Positions 9,868 through 17,932 of a DNA stretch of 35,103 nucleotides are shown here, one piece after another. The number at the start of each line of letters is the position of its first letter. The stretch's first letter is position 1. Under the pieces are notes generated by a model. The model saw nothing but the letters and a program-made list of their open reading frames with translations, was not told the DNA's origin and did not search any database. The DNA is from Candidatus Iainarchaeum sp. (lineage in GTDB: Archaea; Iainarchaeota; Iainarchaeia; Iainarchaeales; DTGL01). The stretch is from assembly GCA_026413945.1 (NCBI GenBank), contig JAOAJX010000007.1:1-35103 (forward strand), in the 5' to 3' direction. The position numbers were made by a program, and so were the translations under genes.

Positions 9868-9953
9868 GACTAACAGCTATTCTGATAAGGTTTGTTTTGG
9901 TATGGATATTGGTAAGGTTGCTAGTAAGACTGCTGTGTTTGCTATGCTGGCGC
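9849..9953. repeat. 13-bp perfect inverted repeat, arms 9849-9861 and 9941-9953
   Basis: GCGCCAGCATAGC (9849-9861) is the exact reverse complement of GCTATGCTGGCGC (9941-9953). The right arm contains the stop codon of the minus-strand gene. Confidence 0.9.
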
Positions 9954-10661
9954 AATGCTGGATTTGCGCCTTTTAAATAGCACCAAAATAACAACTAGTA
10001 AGAGCACAACAATAACCACTATAGCAATCGCAATAGCAAATACATTTAGTTCCTGCGACTCTATGTATGCATGCTCTCTATCAACGAGGTCAAAAATGTT
10101 TATGCTTACAATGTTACCCTTAATTTCACCAACTTCTGCCTTTGTTATCTGGCCAGGCATCTCAACATTGTAAGTCATGACAATGCCCATTAATCCAGCA
10201 CTTTGCTTAAGCTGCCTCAAGCTTGCTTCTGAGAAGTTAGTATCTGCACTACCTGAACCCGGCAATCCGTTGAAAATAGCTTTTGCGTCAAACTGGTATG
10301 TAGTATAGGGTATGGAGTGGTTTACCTTGAAAGCTTTGCTAAAAACAGAGTGCTCTGCCATTACGAACTCACCACTTGCAATTACCTTATAATCTGATGT
10401 AACCTCGCACTTTGCATTTTTGAGCTTTCCATCAGAGTTGAAATTTTTGCACATGTTTGCCATATTCGCATCCATTTCGCTTGTATCTCCGCCTTGACTT
10501 TTGGCCATTTCATAGAGACCAGACATGTCATAAACCATTTCAATGCGAGATGTTCCATCACTTCTTATCTGCTGATTGACATTTAGTTTTATACAACCAC
10601 TCACAACTATAAGAAAAATTATGCTAAAAACCAAAATTGCTTTCTTAATTTTTCCAGCCAC
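9942..10661 (-). CDS. LppM/DUF3153-like lipoprotein-type surface protein with C-terminal TM anchor
   Basis: Lipobox-like IVVSG-C followed by IKLNVNQQIRSDGTS, VEMPGQIT, and a C-terminal TM plus KRRK. Start reassigned to GTG 10661, downstream of AGGAGGT. Confidence 0.75.
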   Translation of the reverse strand: MAGKIKKAILVFSIIFLIVVSGCIKLNVNQQIRSDGTSRIEMVYDMSGLYEMAKSQGGDTSEMDANMANMCKNFNSDGKLKNAKCEVTSDYKVIASGEFVMAEHSVFSKAFKVNHSIPYTTYQFDAKAIFNGLPGSGSADTNFSEASLRQLKQSAGLMGIVMTYNVEMPGQITKAEVGEIKGNIVSINIFDLVDREHAYIESQELNVFAIAIAIVVIVVLLLVVILVLFKRRKSSIAPA

Positions 10662-10706
10662 AAAAAACACCTCCTTTTTTAGGACCAAATTATTTACTGT
10701 TAACTT

Positions 10707-10722
10707 ATATATAAACCTATCG
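10707..10722 (-). promoter_or_regulatory. Archaeal BRE+TATA promoter of the LppM-like gene
   Basis: The minus strand reads CGATAGG-TTTATATAT about 45 nt upstream of the GTG start. Confidence 0.7.
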
Positions 10723-10785
10723 CACTAGCGCAAATCTATTGCCAAAATATATTAACATTTCCAACCTTTTTCTCTATTTGAGAGG

Positions 10786-11517
10786 ATGTCAGAAAGGTTA
10801 AAGATATTCAATGGGGCCAAAATAGAAGGCTTAGGCCTTTTCATTGAGCCAGAAAAAATGCTGATAGTTGCAGATCTTCATCTCGGCATTGAAGAAATGT
10901 ATAACCGACAAGGCATAATGGTTCCGAGGACAAACTATGCAGAGATCAAAAAAAATCTTTGCTGGATGATAGAAAGGACAAAACCAAAGAAAATAGTAAT
11001 AAATGGTGACATAAAGCACGAGTTTGGGGAGATAAGTAAGCAGGAATGGCGCGAAGTGCTTTCAATCATTGATTTTATTTCTACAAATGTCAAAGAATTG
11101 GTGCTTATAAAAGGAAACCATGATAAAATCCTTGGGCCTTTGGCTGAACTGAAAGGTCTGCGCATATTGGATGAATTATACATAAAAGGAGAATCCCTGC
11201 TTATAACCCATGGTCATGAGATAAGCAATAGCAATGAATATGAAAAAGCAAAAACACTAATAATTGCACACGAACATCCAGCAGTTTCTGTAAGAGAAGG
11301 CATGAGGAGTGAACTATACAAATGTTTCTTAAAAGGCAATTTTTTGGGCAAGAAGCTCATCGTAATGCCAAGCATGAATTCTATTGCAATAGGCAGCAAT
11401 GTTTTGAGGGAAAAGACCCTTAGCCCTTATCTTCAGCAGGATTTAGGGAAATTTGAATGCTGGGCAATAGAAGATAAGCCTTACTATTTTGGAAAACTCG
11501 GTGCCTTGAATGAATGA
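10786..11517 (+). CDS. Calcineurin-like metallophosphoesterase (Lhr-associated MPE / ICC-like family)
   Basis: ADLHLG, NGDIKH, KGNHD, THGH, AHEHP, VMPS motifs. Confidence 0.93.
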   Translation: MSERLKIFNGAKIEGLGLFIEPEKMLIVADLHLGIEEMYNRQGIMVPRTNYAEIKKNLCWMIERTKPKKIVINGDIKHEFGEISKQEWREVLSIIDFISTNVKELVLIKGNHDKILGPLAELKGLRILDELYIKGESLLITHGHEISNSNEYEKAKTLIIAHEHPAVSVREGMRSELYKCFLKGNFLGKKLIVMPSMNSIAIGSNVLREKTLSPYLQQDLGKFECWAIEDKPYYFGKLGALNE

Positions 11518-11520
11518 ACG

Positions 11521-12885
11521 CTATTTCAAAGGCCTGAACCAAGCATTGAAATGCTTAAGTGGCCCTGAGCCTCTTACAATCTTATACCCACAGACGTTCT
11601 CCTTCCTTTCAGCAATCTTTATGTGGGCGTCTATAACGACAGACAGGTGTGAATTTGTGTAAACCCTCCGCGGTATAGCAAGCCTTGTAAGCTCAAGCTT
11701 TGGGTGCTTCATTTTACCATCAGGGCCTTTTTCAGCAAACATCACGCTGCCTATTTCACAGGAGCGTATGGCTGCTTCCCTGTAAAGCTCAATTGCTAAC
11801 GCATGGCCTGGAAATTCCGCTTGTGGAATATGTGGGAAAAACCTTTTTGCCTCAACATAAACAGCATGGCCGCCTGGAGGCCAGACAACAGGAATGTCTG
11901 CGTCTCTAAGACCTTTTGCAAGGAACCTTGTCTGCGCAATTCTGCTTTCAAGGTAAGCTTCATCAAGCCCTTCAAAAAGCCCTATGGCCATAGCTTCAAG
12001 GTCTCGACCTGCTAGGCCACCATATGTAGGAAAACCTTCCATTAAGATGAGGCGTTCGGTGCATTTTTCAAAGAGCTTCCTGTCATTCATTGCAAGAAAG
12101 CCTCCGATGTTTACAATGGCATCCTTCTTTGCGCTGAAAGTGCAACCATCGGCATAAGAAAATATCTCACGCGCAATTTCCAGCGTTGATTTTCGTTTGT
12201 AACCTCTTTCACGAACTTTTATGAAATATGAATTTTCTGCGTAACGGCAGGCATCAATAAAAAATGGCTTTCCAAAGTCATGTGCAATTTTTGACGCTTT
12301 CTTTATGTTCTTCATTGAAACTGGCTGTCCTCCACCTGAATTGTTTGTAATAGTCATCATAACTAAAGGCACTTTTGCATGGTTCTCTGACAAAAATTTT
12401 CTGAGGGCTTTCGTATCCATGTTGCCTTTGAAAGGCAAATCCTTAAAAGGCATTGAAGCTTCTTTGCATGGAAGATTCAATGGAATGCCACCATTGGCAA
12501 TTATATTTGCGCGCGTTGTATCGAAATGCATGTTGTTTGGAACAATCATGCCTGGCTTTATTACTGACGAAAAAAGTACGTTTTCTGCAGCTCTGCCCTG
12601 ATGTGTCGGCAGGAAAAATCTGAAGCCAAATATCTCAGCAACAGCCTTCTTTAAGCTGAAATAGCTCCTGCAGCTTGCATATGCCTCATCGCCGAGCATT
12701 ATGCCAGCCCATTGGCTTTGGCTCATAGCGCCAGTGCCTGAGTCAGTGAGAAGGTCAATGTAGATGTGCTGAGAGGCAACATTGAATAGGTTGTAATGCG
12801 CTCTTTTAAGTATGCTTTCTCTTTGCTTGCTGGACGGCAAAGCGATTGGCTCAACGACCTTCATCTTATACGGCTCTGCTAGCAC
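11521..12885 (-). CDS. tnaA: Tryptophanase (PLP-dependent beta-eliminating lyase)
   Basis: IDLLTDSGT, PTHQGRAAE, SAKKD (PLP lysine), EGFPTYGGLAGRD, RLAIPRRVYT. The residues HFDTT (Asp) and LKHF (His) favour tryptophanase over tyrosine phenol-lyase, which has Thr and Phe there. Confidence 0.9.
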   Translation of the reverse strand: MLAEPYKMKVVEPIALPSSKQRESILKRAHYNLFNVASQHIYIDLLTDSGTGAMSQSQWAGIMLGDEAYASCRSYFSLKKAVAEIFGFRFFLPTHQGRAAENVLFSSVIKPGMIVPNNMHFDTTRANIIANGGIPLNLPCKEASMPFKDLPFKGNMDTKALRKFLSENHAKVPLVMMTITNNSGGGQPVSMKNIKKASKIAHDFGKPFFIDACRYAENSYFIKVRERGYKRKSTLEIAREIFSYADGCTFSAKKDAIVNIGGFLAMNDRKLFEKCTERLILMEGFPTYGGLAGRDLEAMAIGLFEGLDEAYLESRIAQTRFLAKGLRDADIPVVWPPGGHAVYVEAKRFFPHIPQAEFPGHALAIELYREAAIRSCEIGSVMFAEKGPDGKMKHPKLELTRLAIPRRVYTNSHLSVVIDAHIKIAERKENVCGYKIVRGSGPLKHFNAWFRPLK

Positions 12886-12944
12886 TCCATCACCTTTTTA
12901 TTATTTCTTTATTATTTACTTTTTTTAGCGCCATGTTTTAAAAT

Positions 12945-13019
12945 GGGGCTGTGGTGTAGTTTGGCTTAGCATACCAGCTTCGGGAGCTGGCGACCTGGGT
13001 TCGAATCCCAGCAGCCTCA
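12945..13019 (+). tRNA. tRNA-Pro (anticodon CGG), intronless, CCA not encoded
   Basis: Acceptor GGGGCTG/CAGCCTC plus discriminator A. Anticodon arm CCAGC-TT-CGG-GA-GCTGG with anticodon at 12981-12983. T arm CTGGG-TTCGAAT-CCCAG. Followed by a T-tract. Confidence 0.97.
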
Positions 13020-13096
13020 TTTTATTCATTTTTTGTAGATTATTTTGCTCTTTAATAGAATTTTTAGCAAAAAAAAAAACGCAAATTAGAATAAGG

Positions 13097-13110
13097 GAAA
13101 AGCTTAAATA
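13097..13110 (+). promoter_or_regulatory. Archaeal BRE+TATA promoter of the Kazal gene pair
   Basis: GAAAAG-CTTAAATA about 60 nt upstream of the start, followed by RBS GAGGTGA. Confidence 0.6.
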
Positions 13111-13170
13111 TAGGTTCTTACAAAATATATAGCAAAAATCTATATTCGAAAATGAAAAAAGAGGTGATGA

Positions 13171-15054
13171 TTGGTGGCTTATTTTAAAAATGCATTTCTT
13201 TCTTTTTTTGCAGTTCTTTTTTTGGGATTGTTGGTCTCTCAGGCAATGGCTCAAACCTCGGGCAGCGAGGCGGTTGACATAAGGCACATACACATAAGCG
13301 CAAAGGGGTTACTTATAAATGCCGATGATTCCATGGACATACACTCTAGCAAAATAATATCCGCTACATTTAAGCCAAAGGGACCAGAACCACTTAATTC
13401 TGAAAAAAGGCTCGATAGAGGCATAATAATCTTTGACAAAACAAAATACACAATAAAAGAAATAGTTGTAACAAGCACATCATTCTCTGCAAACATATAT
13501 GATAAGAATCTTCTGATAGGTAGCATTTCATTAACTTTTGTTGACACGCCTGATGTCATTGTTTGGGCTGGAAAGGCAACGATAAAAGAGGTGAAATATA
13601 ATGCATATTACTTGCAGTACAGCATGGTTTTCATTCCATTTAAACAGCTTAACCAAGTGCAGGAATACTGCGATAATAACCCAAATGCTGAAGGCTGCTC
13701 AAAAGTAAGAAATTGTGAGCAAAATCCGAGCAGCGAGGGCTGCTTGCCATTATGGAAGGAATACTGCATTAAGAACGTACAAGATGTAAGGTGCAAGTAT
13801 TATTTGAAAAAACTCTGCGAAGAAAACCCAGCATTAGAGTTTTGTGTAGTGCAAACAGACTCAAAAGACGAAACTTTCTTTACAGCAAGGACAGAAGCAA
13901 AAGATGGGTTGAGTGCAAGATTAAATGACTGCAAGAAATGTAAGTTAGATTGTTGGAAAAAATGCATTCCAACAAAAAAAGATACTTACACTCAGCTATC
14001 AGCTGATGAAAGAGATTGCTTACAGAAATGTATCAAAGAATGTGAGCCTTGTTATGTAACAGGAATGCCAATACCTTTTTCTGGGTTCGAAGGTGACCAA
14101 ACTCCGGTATTAGAAGAGGGAAGCTATAGGTTATGCACACCACCTTATAAGTGTATGGAAAAAAATGAGGCAACTGAAAAAGGATGTACTGTAGTTGAAA
14201 ACACAATCGTTGCAGATCAAAAATACATATGTAGTGCAGGCCTAGTATGCGCAAAATGTCCAACAAAGGTTACTTGTCCAAAGGCACCACCAATCGACTC
14301 GGTTTCTTGTAAAGTTGGCAAGGTTGTACCCAAATTCGATAAGAACAAGTGTATAGTTGGCTATGAATGTTTAGTACCAAAAGGTTGTATTTGCGTCGCT
14401 ATTTATGATCCAGTGTGTGGTAAAGACGGGAAGACGTACAGTAATAGCTGTGAGGCCGAGTGTGCTGGTGTTGAGATAGCATACAAAGGTCGTTGTGGCA
14501 GCAAACAAGATGGTGAGAAAGGCAGTGAGTGCGTGATAACTAAAAAGGTTTGTAATGAATATGGTTGTTACGAATATTTTTACAAAACTGAAGATTGTCC
14601 GGATGTCCCTGAAGTGCAACCAAAACCAACACAAGGACCTGGGCATGAACTATTTAAAACACCTACCCCTGGTTATCCAATTCCAAGACCAACAGCCTCG
14701 CCAATTAAGACCCCAATTCCAACCATATCTCCAAAACCAACACCAACATGGGTTTATCCGATTCCTACGGTAACCACAAACCCATCACCGGAATGTAATT
14801 ATTTCTATTGGTTCGACAACAACAATAGGACTTGTGGGTACAAAAAGTTCTGTGGGTTTTATATGTACGAAGGCTTGAGAACATTCACTACATTGAAGGA
14901 GTGTGAACAAGCACTATGTTCGCCATATCAATGCGTTGCAAAGAGCGTTGCTGAGAGATACAAGTGTACTCTAAAAAGCCAGGTTCCATGTAGCTATACA
15001 AATACAAAAGAGGAAAAATATTGCTATAGCTGTGGCTATGTGATACAAGGGTGA
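13171..15054 (+). CDS. Secreted Cys-rich multidomain protein with Kazal-type protease-inhibitor domain and Pro/Thr linker
   Basis: Signal peptide ending AMA-Q, many Cys modules, a six-Cys Kazal CICVAIYDPVCGKDGKTYSNSCEAECAGVEIAYKGRC (14386-14496), and a PT-rich linker. Confidence 0.88.
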   Translation: MVAYFKNAFLSFFAVLFLGLLVSQAMAQTSGSEAVDIRHIHISAKGLLINADDSMDIHSSKIISATFKPKGPEPLNSEKRLDRGIIIFDKTKYTIKEIVVTSTSFSANIYDKNLLIGSISLTFVDTPDVIVWAGKATIKEVKYNAYYLQYSMVFIPFKQLNQVQEYCDNNPNAEGCSKVRNCEQNPSSEGCLPLWKEYCIKNVQDVRCKYYLKKLCEENPALEFCVVQTDSKDETFFTARTEAKDGLSARLNDCKKCKLDCWKKCIPTKKDTYTQLSADERDCLQKCIKECEPCYVTGMPIPFSGFEGDQTPVLEEGSYRLCTPPYKCMEKNEATEKGCTVVENTIVADQKYICSAGLVCAKCPTKVTCPKAPPIDSVSCKVGKVVPKFDKNKCIVGYECLVPKGCICVAIYDPVCGKDGKTYSNSCEAECAGVEIAYKGRCGSKQDGEKGSECVITKKVCNEYGCYEYFYKTEDCPDVPEVQPKPTQGPGHELFKTPTPGYPIPRPTASPIKTPIPTISPKPTPTWVYPIPTVTTNPSPECNYFYWFDNNNRTCGYKKFCGFYMYEGLRTFTTLKECEQALCSPYQCVAKSVAERYKCTLKSQVPCSYTNTKEEKYCYSCGYVIQG

Positions 15055-15058
15055 TGAT

Positions 15059-15493
15059 GTGCTTAAACTTGAAAATAAGAGTATTTTAATTGTAGTAGTG
15101 GCAGTAGTGATACTATCTTTGATTGTCGTAGTTGCAGTTTTAATGACAGAAGTCAGCAAGAAAAAGCCAACCGACAGTGGAACAACAACAAAAATTGATG
15201 ACAAAATAGTGAAACCAACACCAACAAGTGGTGGCAAAACTGGTGGCGAAAGCAAAACGCCGCCTACTGGATGCTACTGCCCTCAAGTCTATCAGCCAGT
15301 ATGTGGCTCTGATGGCAAGACATATGGGAATTCCTGCGAAGCCAGCTGTGCTGGGATAAAAGTTGCATACGAAGGTGCCTGTGGTACAAAAAATGCGGAG
15401 CAGGAAATGGACAAAGAGCTTGAAAATATGCTTGAAGAGCTTGAAAAAGAAGAAGGCGGCTTAGAGTCGGAGATTCCGGCGCCCCCACAATGA
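15059..15493 (+). CDS. Membrane-anchored Kazal-type protease-inhibitor domain protein
   Basis: N-terminal TM, K/T/P/G linker, Kazal CYCPQVYQPVCGSDGKTYGNSCEASCAGIKVAYEGAC (15272-15382), acidic helical tail. RBS GGTGA. Confidence 0.9.
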   Translation: MLKLENKSILIVVVAVVILSLIVVVAVLMTEVSKKKPTDSGTTTKIDDKIVKPTPTSGGKTGGESKTPPTGCYCPQVYQPVCGSDGKTYGNSCEASCAGIKVAYEGACGTKNAEQEMDKELENMLEELEKEEGGLESEIPAPPQ

Positions 15494-15498
15494 GCTGC

Positions 15499-15525
15499 TT
15501 TTTTCTTTACTTTTTTTATTTTTTT
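15499..15525 (+). terminator. Oligo-T archaeal terminator after the Kazal pair
   Basis: Several consecutive T6-T7 runs immediately after the stop codon. Confidence 0.6.
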
Positions 15526-15576
15526 AAAACAACAATTCTTTAAAACTATTGCAACCTATTAAGCATAAGTGGTTGT

Positions 15577-17280
15577 GTGCGGGGAGAAAAACTGCTTTGG
15601 GAAGCATCCACAAAAGTGGCTGATGAGTTCTACACGCCCATGCCAAAAGGATACAAAAAAGGCCTTACAAAATACCTCGTAATTACTGGCTCTGTGATGA
15701 GCGGCGTTGGAAAGGGAATGATAACAAGTTCTTTATGCAAGCTTTTTCAGAACAGAGGCATGAATGTTGAGCCACTAAAGCTTGAGGCATACTTAAATGT
15801 TGATGCTGGAACACTAAACCCTTATAGGCATGGGGAAGTTTTTGTGTTGCAGGATGGCACAGAAACAGACATGGATCTTGGAGCATATGAAAGGTTTCTT
15901 GACAAAAACCTTACCAGAGAAAATTTCGTAACGAGCGGCTTTGTTTACAAAACTATAATTGAGAAAGAAAGACGCGGAGAATATCTTGGAAGAGATGTGC
16001 AATTTATACCACATGTAACTGGAGAGATAAAAAGCCTTGTTAGGGCTCTTGCATCAAATAAGAAACCAGATATAATAGTGATCGAAATAGGCGGCACTGT
16101 TGGTGACTACGAAAACATGTTTGCAATAGAAGCAATGCGAGAGTTGATGTACGAGGAAGGAAAAGAGAATGTTTGCTTCTTGAACGTTACATACATAATT
16201 GACCCGCCAACTCTGGGTGAACAAAAGAGCAAGGCAGCACAGTTAGGAATAAGAGGCCTTCTTTCGTTAGGCATACAGCCTGACTTGATAATATGCAGAT
16301 CACATAAGCCACTTTCAAATGGCATAGCTGAAAAGATAAGTATAAATAGCAATGTGCCTATTGACAGGGTAATTGGTCTCGAAGATATAAAAAGAATCTA
16401 TGAGCTACCTCTTCTTTTGAGAAGAAGAGGCACAGATAGAAAAATTTTGGAATCACTCGGAATAGAAAAAAAATTCAACCCAAAAGACAAAGAATTAGCG
16501 GAATGGACTTTAAAGAATACACCACCAAAAGATGCGCCAATAACAAGAATTGCAATTGTTGGAAAGTATGTAAATGTAAAAGACGCTTACATAAGTATAC
16601 TTAAAGCACTTGAGCATTGTGAGGGGCCTCTAAAGACAAAAATTTCTGTAAGCTTTATAGATGCGGTGGCCTTGGAAAATGGCAAAATAAAGAGTTCTGC
16701 TTTAAATGAATACGCTGGAGTAATTGTTCCTGGCGGTTTTGGAAAAAGGGGCATTGAAGGCAAAATAATGGCAGCAAAATACTGCTTAGAGAATCAGAAG
16801 CCGTATTTGGGCTTATGCCTTGGCTTCCAAGTTGCAGCAATAGCTTTTGCAAGAAGTACTTGTGGTCTTAAAGATGCAAATAGCACTGAATTTGAGCCAA
16901 ATTGCAGGCATCCAGTTATAACACTCTTGCCAGACCAACAAAGTGTTGAAAGCTTTGGAGCCTCAATGCGTCTCGGCTCTCAGGAAGTTGAGCTTATAAA
17001 AGGTACATTTGCATATAAAATACATGGGAAGAGCTGCTTGATAAAAAGGCGCTTTAGACATAGATATGAGTTTAATCCCGAATATATTGAAAAATTTGCA
17101 GAAAAAGGTCTTGTTTTTTCAGGTAAAGACCCAAAAAAACCTTTGATGCAATTGCTAGAGCTTCCTAAGCATCCATTCTTCATGGCTTCTCAATATCATC
17201 CTGAATTCACTTCGCGGCCTTTAAAGCCAGATCCTTTATTCCTTCACTTTGTTAAAAAAGCGATGGTGGAAAAATGCTAA
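15577..17280 (+). CDS. pyrG: CTP synthase (with ~30-aa N-terminal extension)
   Basis: TGSVMSGVGKG, YLNVDAGT, HGEVFV, ETDMDLG, EIGGTVGD, PGGFG, GLCLG (catalytic Cys), RHRYE, QYHPEF. Confidence 0.98.
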   Translation: MRGEKLLWEASTKVADEFYTPMPKGYKKGLTKYLVITGSVMSGVGKGMITSSLCKLFQNRGMNVEPLKLEAYLNVDAGTLNPYRHGEVFVLQDGTETDMDLGAYERFLDKNLTRENFVTSGFVYKTIIEKERRGEYLGRDVQFIPHVTGEIKSLVRALASNKKPDIIVIEIGGTVGDYENMFAIEAMRELMYEEGKENVCFLNVTYIIDPPTLGEQKSKAAQLGIRGLLSLGIQPDLIICRSHKPLSNGIAEKISINSNVPIDRVIGLEDIKRIYELPLLLRRRGTDRKILESLGIEKKFNPKDKELAEWTLKNTPPKDAPITRIAIVGKYVNVKDAYISILKALEHCEGPLKTKISVSFIDAVALENGKIKSSALNEYAGVIVPGGFGKRGIEGKIMAAKYCLENQKPYLGLCLGFQVAAIAFARSTCGLKDANSTEFEPNCRHPVITLLPDQQSVESFGASMRLGSQEVELIKGTFAYKIHGKSCLIKRRFRHRYEFNPEYIEKFAEKGLVFSGKDPKKPLMQLLELPKHPFFMASQYHPEFTSRPLKPDPLFLHFVKKAMVEKC

Positions 17281-17927
17281 GCCAACTTAGAAAAAAAACA
17301 AAGCCTTTGACATACTTGCTTGCAAAGCCGTTTGCAGTTCTTAATCTGCATCCAAATTTTGTGTCTTTTCTTGCCATACCATTAATCATTATTGCAGCAT
17401 ATTTCATATACTCAAAAAATTACCTTATTGCAGCAGCCTTTGTTCTATTAGCAACTTTGATGGATTTTATAGACGGAGCAGTTGCTGAGCTCACAAAAAA
17501 GAAGAGTTATTTTGGCAACTACTTTGAAACAATGATTGACAAATATGTAGATGTTATCCTAATAGCTTCTTTTTCTTTTCATTACCCCGTGTTAAGCGCT
17601 ATTGCTGTAGGGCTTTCTATGATCTCAAGTTATGCAAAGCCAAGGGCTGCACTTGTGATAATAGCAGACAACAGAGATTGGCCAGCAATAGGTGAACATG
17701 CAGATAAGCTTATCATCATAATATTTTTCATGATATTGGCTTCTTTCATGCCAAAGGTAGTTGGCATAGATGTGATTGCGGTTATGCTTTGGGTTCTTAT
17801 CGTTGTTTCCTTAATTGGCGGAATGCAAAGAATCATGTATGCAAAGAAGCTAATAGCTGAAGCAGAAAAAAAAGGAAAAATACTGCCATATCTTCGCAAA
17901 GGCGCTGGGCACAATGCTGTTGAGTAA
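17274..17927 (+). CDS. CDP-alcohol phosphatidyltransferase (archaetidylinositol-phosphate synthase / PgsA-like)
   Basis: HPNFVS, the signature DFIDGAVA...G-x3-E-x3-DKYVD, SY-x-K-x-RA, and multiple TMs. Overlaps the pyrG stop. Confidence 0.9.
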   Translation: MLSQLRKKTKPLTYLLAKPFAVLNLHPNFVSFLAIPLIIIAAYFIYSKNYLIAAAFVLLATLMDFIDGAVAELTKKKSYFGNYFETMIDKYVDVILIASFSFHYPVLSAIAVGLSMISSYAKPRAALVIIADNRDWPAIGEHADKLIIIIFFMILASFMPKVVGIDVIAVMLWVLIVVSLIGGMQRIMYAKKLIAEAEKKGKILPYLRKGAGHNAVE

Positions 17928-17932
17928 ATTGA

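Noticed and set aside
12925-13293. 122-aa minus-strand ORF
   Set aside because: It is the antisense of tRNA-Pro (MRLLGFEPRSPAPEAGML is a typical tRNA shadow) and overlaps the Kazal gene.
12945-15530. Kazal cassette as an island integrated at tRNA-Pro
   Set aside because: No integrase and no convincing direct repeat of the tRNA 3' end were found.
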